A stretch of 63,998 nucleotides of DNA, filler included, from Dirinaria sp. TL-2023a (taxonomy: Eukaryota), in NCBI GenBank assembly GCA_051941275.1. It is 7 parts of 7 records of this genome, joined end to end, with 100 filler letters (N's around TTAATTAATTAA, not from the genome) between each part and the next. Parts side by side here need not be neighbours in the genome. Positions count along the whole stretch, not along the records: positions 46,036 to 55,116 come from JAVEBF010001098.1; positions 55,217 to 63,998 come from JAVEBF010001141.1; 5 more parts are not named here. One strand, given 5' to 3'. Under the pieces are notes generated by a model. It was given only the letters and a program-made list of their open reading frames with translations. It was not told where the DNA came from and made no database searches. Positions 51,921-62,313 of the stretch are shown here, in pieces. Numbering within the stretch: position 1 is the first letter of the stretch; every line of letters begins with the position of its first letter. Made by a program: the position numbers and the translations under genes.

Positions 51921-53020
51921 CATGTTGTCCATGAATCCGTGCGCAAAGGGAACAGCCTTGGCGCAGGGTAGTCCAGAAGCTTGGAACAGCCATAGTTGCT
52001 CATTAAATAGAGTCATACTGGCAAATTTCTGCAAAAGATCGCAATCGAACGTGCCACACAATGACGTAAGATAGTACCATGTAGCTAATTGCGACATTGG
52101 CAGACAAAAGAAGGCAAAGACACATTTCTCGGTTTGAGATAGTAAACTAAATTAGAAATACGCTGAGCGAACAGGACACTTCGCTTGAGCAGAACCTACC
52201 TTAGCGAAGAGAGGCTTAGGTGTAGTATGTTTGGAATAGAATAGTAACCCTCTCTACCGATGAGTCAAGGGTCACATTCACCGGAAAGGTGTCGAGGAGA
52301 TGTGGTGTGGTAAAGGCCAGCAAACAGCTTAAGCAACCTTCTTTGCTGTGGCTTGGGGCAATGACAGCGAGTAGGCGATTCAATCTCTGGGACACCGCCA
52401 CAAGATTGTGCATGAAGGGACATTGTGCACATTTCATTGACTCCCATGACACCGCGACTTGCATCATTTCTCCGGCAGTCGAACAAGATGTGGCAGTGCA
52501 CGGACTGCGCCCTCAGTCGAGCTATGATTGGTCTGGTCTCGCTCGGCTAACCATGCCAAGATCGCCGAACTTTGGTTCGCGGTTGTTCGACCCCTCGGAG
52601 CATCAACCCAATTATGACAGCACCTTCCCTTCATCTGCTTCTTTGGAATGTCACCGTTCCCAACGTTGCATGGCATGGACATCCCGAAAGAGACCGAGTC
52701 CCTTTGGAACCAGCTGCTTTTGGCCAGAAAAATGGACTGGATAGAGCGATGCGAGAGAGGGGTTAAGCGCCCACGGAGCAAGGCGCAGAGTGAGGCTTTC
52801 ACATGCTCAGCTGTCTCCTGCTCACCGGAAGATGGTCTCAAACCGTGCCATGTGGCTCAGTATGGATGACTGGTTTGGTGGATCTGGCTACAATAATAAT
52901 AAGTACCTTGTGGCGATTTGTGGCCTTGGGAAAAAAAAGCTTCTAGAAGTCCTGGTAGCTCATTGCTCGTAAGTCCGTCTCTTTGCAGATCTCATTCTCG
53001 TACCCACTCCCGAATACGCA

Positions 53021-54256
53021 ATGTCCGAAGATTATACCAATGGTACAATCAAAGTCCCTTACCACGGTAACTGTCCCGATTGCCACCACTTCCATACCAA
53101 CACTCCACTCTACATTCCACAAGATCCTTCGACACATCACGTTAGGCTCCATTGTGATGCTTGCGGTCACCCGATCCTTGGGATTGGTAGGACATCGACG
53201 CAGACAACGCTAGCCTCCGTTGAAACGGTGCCGCCCGGTCAAAAGACACAAAGATGTAACAACAAGTCCGCAGATGCCACAGAGGTGCCAACTCTACGCC
53301 TAGACCCGGCACCGTTGCAGGAACAGCAGAGAAATGAACCACTTAGTGCAATCACCGAGACAAGCTCGATCAACAACCGAAGTCGCTCAGTATCCGGATC
53401 CGGGTCGGCGGAAGCTGCAATAGACCGTCCTACAAATACGGTTGCTTCAAACATAGCTGCAACCGAGGATCCTGGCCCCGAGAGCAACGTCAACTTAATC
53501 ACTACCAACTTATCTAACAAGAACGTGCCAAGAGTCGTAAGATGGAAAGAAAAGGCCAAAAATGTAACGCCTGCAAGATTGAAATCGTTTCTTATGGCAA
53601 GGCTGAAGATTCGCTCGAGGCAGGCCCAAAAGCCGCCAGCACGTGTAGAGAGAGGACTTGCGAGACAAGACGTCGACGATGGCACAGGCACAGTGCTTAA
53701 CGTCTCACAGCCGCCGCAGACCCAACCTCTTCCTCACACTCTATCAGAATCTCAGAGCGCGGTTCCAAATTCGGCGATTGAAGCCATTCCTCGCTCTCGT
53801 GCCAATTCCCAGTCCAATGACAACGATATTAGCTCGCATAGAGACAAACACGACAGAATCCTTGCGAAACGCCGCGAGCGCACAGTTGCGAAAACAGCGA
53901 ACATCAACATCGAGTGCGACTGCACTGGAACCTGCCAATGCCGACAGCAAAGCGATCGCTCCTTATCGTCGGACAATCGCTCCAACAATGACCAGTATGA
54001 CATCGATGTTCCCAACCACTCTCTGGGACACCTGTATTTCCCATACGCTGGCATCGGCGATCATCTGACAGCTGGCAGACCTTCCTCAGCGGATGGCGAT
54101 CCTAGAGCTCGGACTGCACGACCAAATAGCAGACTCAGTAATGCCACCACCGCTCAAGGTAGCACCTCGAGCTCAACATCTCTGAACACGGGACGGCCAC
54201 TTGGAAGATCATCGTCTAGCGTGCACGGACCTTCTGCTAGGCAGCCCTACCGGTGA
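53021..54256 (+). CDS. Hypothetical protein (411 aa) with a putative N-terminal zinc ribbon and a second Cys cluster
   Basis: CPDCHHFH...CDACGH at the N-terminus and ECDCTGTCQC near residue 300; otherwise Ser/Thr-rich. Confidence 0.75.
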   Translation: MSEDYTNGTIKVPYHGNCPDCHHFHTNTPLYIPQDPSTHHVRLHCDACGHPILGIGRTSTQTTLASVETVPPGQKTQRCNNKSADATEVPTLRLDPAPLQEQQRNEPLSAITETSSINNRSRSVSGSGSAEAAIDRPTNTVASNIAATEDPGPESNVNLITTNLSNKNVPRVVRWKEKAKNVTPARLKSFLMARLKIRSRQAQKPPARVERGLARQDVDDGTGTVLNVSQPPQTQPLPHTLSESQSAVPNSAIEAIPRSRANSQSNDNDISSHRDKHDRILAKRRERTVAKTANINIECDCTGTCQCRQQSDRSLSSDNRSNNDQYDIDVPNHSLGHLYFPYAGIGDHLTAGRPSSADGDPRARTARPNSRLSNATTAQGSTSSSTSLNTGRPLGRSSSSVHGPSARQPYR

Positions 54257-55116
54257 CACTTGGAATCAAATCAATTTGGATGGGCAGAAATCGCCAATGG
54301 GTTACTTCCTCGACTTTGCAGACCTTCCAAGCTCTAACCAACCCCATATCTCTCATTCCAAAAATCTGTTGAAGCTATCCGCACGAGATCTGGATAGTAA
54401 GCGTCAGAGGGGGGGGGGGGGAGAATGTCCACATCTTCCAACTTTCGAGGTTGCCCAGGATCCAAAAACCCTACCAGCATTGTGCTAAGCAAAATATTTG
54501 ACTGACCTTCTGTGCATTACGCAATCCATTAGTCATAGAGCCCAACTAATAGAGGGCAAACAACCTAATACCGTGAATCACCGTAAGATTCACAAAACAC
54601 CCTTTGGTAGATGCACCGTGAATTTTGAATTTTGATATTTTTTCAAAAATTTTTGAAGAAAAGAAAGGGGGGATCTGTGCGATTGCGTTTATCTACACAA
54701 TCGCGCTTTTCTTTTCTTTTGTTTCTGCCGTAGGAAAGGCACTTCAGTAAGCACAACATCCCCTCCCCCCATCACATGTGTGTATAGAGATCTCAAGCAG
54801 ATTCTGCAGCCGAGTCCAGTCTGAAACTCATTGAGGGTAGAATTCCAATTCCTAATTGAACAGCGAGTGCAATCTACGAACCGCTCTCAATTGAAGGTGT
54901 TCTATGACAATGAGGACTTGTATTCAATGTTCTGTGTGATTGATGATTGTATTATAAGGGAAGTCTGGAGACGAAGTGGGTGAATGGGTTCATCAGGGGG
55001 CTGCAGAGAATTGTGCAGAGGAGATTTGAGTGGATATGTCTCAGCTGCCCCAAAAAAAAAAAAGGCATAAGCAAAACATACTCCCACCCTCTCACCCCAG
55101 ACAACTCCTTTCCAAA

Positions 55117-55216
55117 NNNNNNNNNNNNNNNNNNNNNNNNNNNNNNNNNNNNNNNNNNNNTTAATTAATTAANNNNNNNNNNNNNNNNNNNNNNNNNNNN
55201 NNNNNNNNNNNNNNNN
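55117..55216. other. Artificial contig linker
   Basis: N44-TTAATTAATTAA-N44. Confidence 0.99.
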
Positions 55217-55956
55217 TCCCACACTCACTCTCCCCTCTTACAACCAACCAACCAGCAAAAACTAACACCAAAATACCAGCTACGCGGTCACGGGCCAAAA
55301 ACCCGCCGACAGCGACGAAAGCAAAGCTTAACCTTTCTGCCCCAGCCTAGCCCACAAGCGCAAGCCCCTAGCCATCACGCGTTCCGAACTTCACCTAAAG
55401 CATAGCAAATGAAGCTCTTTTATCTGGCAGCTGCAGAATTGGCAAAAATCTTCTTTCGAATGGGCTTTTCTCCTTGCACCGGTAGAATCCCATGCTGATA
55501 TGCTTTCTACCTTGCACGTGAACGAAGTCTCCGTCTCATACGTATGTATGTATGCCTACCCTTATGCTTCAATTAAGAAATTCAGTATGCGATTGTAAAA
55601 AGGTCAATAAATACCGATTCGCTTCTTTGCTTTTGTCGGAAAGTACGAGAGATCTTTAAATTCTGATTTTCTCTCTCTCTCTCAATCTTTTTTGTAAGTT
55701 TGAACTACTATTTGAAACTTCGCGCGATAAGATTTTCTTTTTATTGTTTCCGCTTAGGCACGCGATTGTGTTTCATTTCATGTTTGAGGCTATAAAGAAG
55801 TAGGAAGTGACGAAGATCGGAATAATAAAAACAAAAGTCCAGTGAAGCGGCATGAAGAAAGAAAGCGTTGAATAAAAGGGGGGAAAAGAGGTTAACAATC
55901 CATCTCGAAATGAGAGATCATAACATGTAGGCTAATCAAGCTAGACTTCTGAAATC

Positions 55957-57216
55957 CTACGCCTCTTTCACCTCATACATCCACCAGCCCGTAACGGGCT
56001 GGAGAGAGTCTAGGCCAGGTATCCCGGCCACCTCGCGCGCCCTCGTCGCAGGATAGAGAGGCTGAGGTACCATCCTACCATATTGACCGCCGCCACTGCC
56101 CATCCGAAACAAGGCTTCATACGAAGGCGGAGCCTCCTCGTGTGGCATCTGCGCGCTACTACTGCTGCAGCTTCCCTGAATCCCCACCGACCCAGCGAGC
56201 ATTTTCGTGCTATACAGTTTCCCGTTGTCGTCCACCGTGACGGGCACGCTCGCGGAGCCGCTAGGGATATCGTCCGTGTCCACATGATGAAAGCGCACGC
56301 CATCGAGCTCGAAGCCGACATCATTCCCTCCTCCGAAAGGCGTCCATGACGCCTCTGTCTGCGGGATCCTGTACAATGATTTCCCTTCCTCGTCCCAGAA
56401 GCAGAATGCCGTCGCCCAGCCGGAGAGGTACACGGGTCCGCTGCCACCGGACTCGTGCACGGCGCGGTTCCAGAAGTTGAGGATGTCTGGATCGGTGGGT
56501 GCGTCGAAGCTGCGCACGAAGCGCTCGAGGACGGGTTTGAGCAGTTTCGCGAATACGGCTGGCTCGGTACCCAGTTCGGGGATTTTGTGCAATTTGTGCA
56601 GCAGTGTCTGCCAGTCCGCTTTCTCGCCCAGCAGCGTCACAGAGGGAATCCCGCAGCACAGGGTCATTTTGTAGGTGAAGTACTTCTGCAGCGTGCCCAT
56701 CATCAGGATACTCGCCACCACGCGGTCGCTGTGCGTGGTCGTGGAAAAATCAGGCATGATCCACGTGCGCAGTTCCGGATCACGGACGTTCTGTTCGATC
56801 AGGCGCGTCATTTTCACGGCGATGGGGCCGAAGTCGACGGTGTCGATCGTTCCGTAGTCGATCGTCTCGAGTTCCTTCTGGTCTTCGTGTGCGACGAAGT
56901 AGGAGCGGAGTTCTTCCGCGTGCGCGTTGATGTAGAAGCTCAGCTGCGAGAGGATGGCGAACCAGATGTCCTCGGGTCGCAGCGTGAGATGGTGGTGGCC
57001 CGACCAGGCGGTGTAGAGAGCGTAGACGAGGCCGTTCTTGGAAGCGGAGATGGAGTTCGAAGCCAGGAAGGGCTTGGAGAAGGAGGACTGGATGATGCGC
57101 TTGCTGAGTTTGGATTCTTGAGGGCTGGAACCGGCGAGAAGATCCCGGTCGGATCTGGTGGTCTTGGTTTTCCAAGCGCTGGCGGCGACGTCGCCGGTGC
57201 GGAGAGTGATTGGCAT
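55957..57216 (-). CDS. DUF4419 family protein, intronless
   Basis: NGLV...AWSGHHHLTLRPEDIWFAILSQLSFYINAHAEELR, PDFSTTT, MMGTLQKYFTY, CGIPSVTLLGEKADW and YLSGWATAFCFW. Confidence 0.88.
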   Translation of the reverse strand: MPITLRTGDVAASAWKTKTTRSDRDLLAGSSPQESKLSKRIIQSSFSKPFLASNSISASKNGLVYALYTAWSGHHHLTLRPEDIWFAILSQLSFYINAHAEELRSYFVAHEDQKELETIDYGTIDTVDFGPIAVKMTRLIEQNVRDPELRTWIMPDFSTTTHSDRVVASILMMGTLQKYFTYKMTLCCGIPSVTLLGEKADWQTLLHKLHKIPELGTEPAVFAKLLKPVLERFVRSFDAPTDPDILNFWNRAVHESGGSGPVYLSGWATAFCFWDEEGKSLYRIPQTEASWTPFGGGNDVGFELDGVRFHHVDTDDIPSGSASVPVTVDDNGKLYSTKMLAGSVGIQGSCSSSSAQMPHEEAPPSYEALFRMGSGGGQYGRMVPQPLYPATRAREVAGIPGLDSLQPVTGWWMYEVKEA

Positions 57217-58110
57217 CGTGAGCTATCGACAGTGTGGAGGATTTGGAGTTGAAAATGGTTCGGAGTCCCCCAGCTAAAGGAAGTGCTCTGTTTTCTATTT
57301 CAGAACTGCTATTGCTGCTCTGCCGGAGCGGGGTAATGGGAACGGGTAGATGCATCGATTAATCAAGGCAGCCATGGATCGTCTTTCTGGACATGTCAGC
57401 CTTGCGAAACAGGGCTGCCCACGAGGCAGATTCACCGTTGCTACTGGAGCCGAGTATTCTTGTCGATGTTGATAGGCATGCTAGTATTCAGAGATATTTG
57501 ATAGATAAGACGTAAATCAATGATTTTTGCCGTGATACTCTCAGGCGAAGACTCCAGACGATCGCGTTTCACTCCTCATGTGATAAATTTCTTTCTCATC
57601 AAATAACAAGATCGAGCCGAAATACTCAATCGCATCATACATGACAAAGCAGTATGAAGCACACCAATAGTGTCCAATCCTTACTACTTATTTTTTTTTT
57701 TTTTTTTTCAGGGATCTGGGAGACTGCTGGTATGTGGTTAGAAGCATTAAGCAATGCAAAGTGTCTATTCCATGAGCTACCCTCATCCAGATAGCATTAG
57801 GAATGTTGACTGCGAAGAAAAATCTCATGCACCCATTAATCGTATGTGAACGGACTAAGAAGACAGTGACGAGAGGAGTTGTTTAGCAGCGAAGTAGACC
57901 TTGTATTGTTTGGAAAAGAGAAAAGGTTCAAGAGGAGCACATCAAAGAATGTTTGATGCGCCGCTACTCATCCAGCATTGTCAATCTGTAAATTTACGGT
58001 CGTTTGTACTGAAAGCATGACCCGAATTAAGATATTATTGCGTAGCATCACTCACTCTTTGCTGTCATGATCTTATATTTCTCAATCTCTGAAAAGTTTG
58101 CCTCAGAATT

Positions 58111-58320
58111 CAGACCCTTTTCGGGAAGAATTTTTGTTTTCGCGCGTTCCTTCTTTCAACCCTAACCCTTTCTAAGACCTAGACTCAACCCTAGATTGTG
58201 ATCAATTCGGTGAAAATTTAAAGTTGAGCTAAAGACGGACACTAACAAAGGTGCTTTCGACTAAGCAAATCAGGAAAGGACGGCGCCAAAACAAAATTCT
58301 TCCAAAGGCTGAAAAGTCTG
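58111..58320. repeat. Imperfect 210-bp fold-back enclosing CAACCCTAACCC
   Basis: ggaagaatttttgttttcgcgcgttcctt (58124-58152) pairs with aaggacggcgccaaaacaaaattcttcc (58276-58303). Outer pairing is cagac...ttttc with gaaaagtctg. Confidence 0.7.
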
Positions 58321-59032
58321 TCTAGTAACGACGGTATTCTCCATTGGGTCTTCCTTTGTGGATAGGGACAGCATGAGTTGCCTATCTCGTCTCCTTTGAC
58401 AGATTCCGACTGAAATTGATAGAGACTTCTTGACTAGATATCTCTGATCATTATCAGTTCAAGCTGGGGGAGAGCAGTTTCATGCCACAATCAATGGTGA
58501 TTTTGATACACCACTTTACAGATCCTCCAACAATTTAATTTTAGGATCTGTTCAGGGCTGCTTAGCTGTAAGGTCGGGTTATGCAGCCAGTGGGAATAAT
58601 AATGCCGCAAGTGCAGTATCTCCGTAGCGTGCATTGCATGCTGCACAGATCATTGCACAAAACCCCCCGCACTTACATGTGACGTATGTAAAACAGTGTC
58701 CCAACAATTTTGGCTGCCCCGCATATTATTGATAATCATAAAGTATGATGCGAATAAAGGTTCGATCTCTCCTCACTCTTCCTCTCTTCCTTCCTCACAA
58801 TCCACCCAAGTCTGTTGCAAAGAAACCTGCGATTTTTGCCACCGGCTATAGACATCTACAGTAACATCCGAATTCTTTCGATGAATGTCTATGCACTAAC
58901 TCGTACAGGATTTATCACTCCAACATTCGACGATAACTATCAAGTACATAACCCCAAAAACGGGAAAGATGGCACACAATCGCTGGGAGCATATCCAAGA
59001 TGATCAAATACCCGCAGCAGGTAATGTCTCAT

Positions 59033-59203
59033 GCATGGACCGGTGTTCGTTCCTTTCGGCCTCTCTTGCTGCCCATCCACCACCTCCACTCCTACTCCCA
59101 TAGGAAGGAGGTGAGATGAGTGGCAAGACGTTTGGCCGAAGGCTCGTTCTGAGATTATACGGTTTCCAACTTGATCTGGATAATACCAGCGAAAGGACCA
59201 TGC
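59033..59203 (+). promoter_or_regulatory. TPP (thiamine pyrophosphate) riboswitch in the 5'-leader intron of THI4
   Basis: P1 gcatgg/ccatgc, then accggtg, a long P3, CTGAGA, ttatacggt and the P4/P5 core CTTGATCTGGATAATACCAGCGAAAGG. It lies 12 nt after a CAG|GTAATG donor and before the acceptor preceding the THI4 ATG. Confidence 0.97.
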
Positions 59204-59260
59204 TTTCCCCCTTTCCCCACCTTTTCGTGATCGTCTTACACGTCCAGCAGGTCCTTGTGA

Positions 59261-60299
<1,039 letters not shown>

Positions 60300-60587
60300 A
60301 GTCCCGGTCGCTAGAGTCCTGTGTGGACAACGTGGATGGAAAATGGCGTGACTGGTGATGAGAACGAGATTGAGTAGGGACCTGGTCGAGGTCCGTCCCC
60401 TCACTAATATAATCATTGTGCTGAAAGGCACACATACTCTAACCGATCTATCTCTCCGTGCTCTGAAAAATCATATCAACAGCCAATAGTGCTCTAGGTG
60501 CGAACTTAACCCAGGGCAGAGTTATTGATTTGCCGGCAAGAGCAGATCTGATTCGTTGTTATTTGAGATCCCGATCATCTGACGCAT

Positions 60588-62313
60588 CTAGATTCGTATC
60601 TCCGAACCAAACTTTTTAACCATCATTATCCGCTTCTCCAGCTCTGGCCGATTCCGCGCTCCAATAATTAATACACCAAAGCTGACCCCAGTGTCCACAT
60701 CTTCATACCACGAAACAATCACAATCTCACCCTCTCTAAGCAGATCTGGAAAATGCACAATGAAAGCTTCCCTCGCCATCTTCACACTCAGCGAAAACAG
60801 GCTGGCTTCATGCAAGCCTCTCCGTTCGGAGAAATGTCCTCGCATGAACCCCAGCAGGAGAGACCCCGGGATGCGAACGTTCAGATCTACAATATTCATT
60901 GAGCGGCCATAGCTGTCACTGTCTGCAGGAGCGGTTTCTAAGATGTCAGCGCCGCAAGGGCCATAGTAGCCATAGCTATGCAGCCAGGCCCCAATCTGCT
61001 GCATGATGGGTGTGAATTTTGCTTTCAAACGATCTTGCTCGATATATGTTATCGTGGATCCGATCCAAGCCTTTCTCGAGGCGATGACTTGATGTGTCAC
61101 GGCAAGGAATGTGCACTCGCCTGCTCTCGAGACGAAGAAGCTAAGCCCCCAATCGCCTATCGGGTCTCTAATCATCTCGCTTAGTATCAGAGTCGCTGGC
61201 TTGAGGTGAGCGTTTGATGAATTGATACGGGAATACAATTTTGGGAGAGTCAGGGTCGAAAGAGTAGCTTTAAGGTCTGAAAGTTCGGAGGGAGTGGATA
61301 CGACCCATGTCCCGCCTCCTCCGAATGTTTGCTGACACTTGAGAACGAACGGAAGCTGCTGTGAAGAGATCTGCGACATGGTGTGCGCAATCCGGCTTTT
61401 CAACCATTCGCCACGGGCTCCTGTGCAGCTTTTTGGGATGGAGCGATTGTCATCGGCTTGTCTACAGGTGATGCAACATGATCTGGCATCAGTGCTAAAG
61501 CCATCCAGCTCCAGCAGGACGGACTTCGGACTAGAAAATGAAGTCAGAGTCGCACTGCTCATCCCGGCTTATAGGATTAGATTCAAGGATCAAAGGACCC
61601 GAAGAGTAAGGAGATGATAACCAAGCACAATGGTAGTAATACGAAACAATGCTCCGCCCCATCCGCACGTACCTAGGCAATCCAGACGTCGACAAAGCAG
61701 CTTTCGAATTCAAGAAGTAGTGCGTCTCGAGATCGAGAGTCACTGGTGATCCTTCTATTTCATCGATTGCCGCCTTCACTGCCAAAAGCTCGATGCGGTT
61801 CGCTTTAGTCGCAATCTGGCTCGGCCCCGGGAAAAACAGGATTTCAGGTCTTTGTTGCGCCTTCAGGGTGCTTCTTATGTTTTCGACTTCTTGCCGACTG
61901 CGTGCTGTTGCGCTCTCTTCCGAATTTTCCAGGTCGAACAAAATGACGGGCATGTTGCCTGCGGCGAACGCGTCACGCCGTGGTGTGAGCGACAAGTATT
62001 TGATCGCCATGGTATGCTGAATTTCTTTCCGCCTTTTGGTAGATGCATCTTCTGGTGTCGTATTGAAAGTGTTTTCCTGATAGAGAAATTTGGTGTTGCG
62101 AGCCACCGCGGATGTCGGAGCGACCTCCGAACTGGTAAAAGATAGCACCAATGCGATCCGTTCATCTTTGCCCGGCGCTCTCTCTCGAGCATAGAGGTCC
62201 GCCAAAGTGATGTCAAGCTCAACTTCGGGCAGATTTTGCTCCTCCGTCACGGACGACTGTGGAGGTTTCGTCCATCTGCGCAGAAGCCAGGTGAAGAGGT
62301 GCGAATACTGCAT
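60588..62313 (-). CDS. Fungal ATP-grasp fold protein, resembling proteins annotated as solid-state-culture-specific, 2 exons
   Basis: HYFLNSKAAL..SGLPSPKS across intron 61531-61672, LPFVLKCQQTFGGGGTWVV, LILSEMI, GYYGPCGADILE and IVDLNVRIPGS (E/DxNxR-type metal/ATP motif). Start codon uncertain. Confidence 0.8.

Noticed and set aside
56455..57252. Long antisense ORFs, including this 265-aa one, 17125-17715 and 15054-15689
   Set aside because: They are shadows of GC-rich real genes on the opposite strand and carry no motifs of their own.
61531..61672. Possible stwintron in the 142-nt ATP-grasp intron (internal CTAAT...CAG|TGCGAC)
   Set aside because: The external intron would be only about 25 nt and the frame would shift; simple splicing already gives SGLPSPKS.
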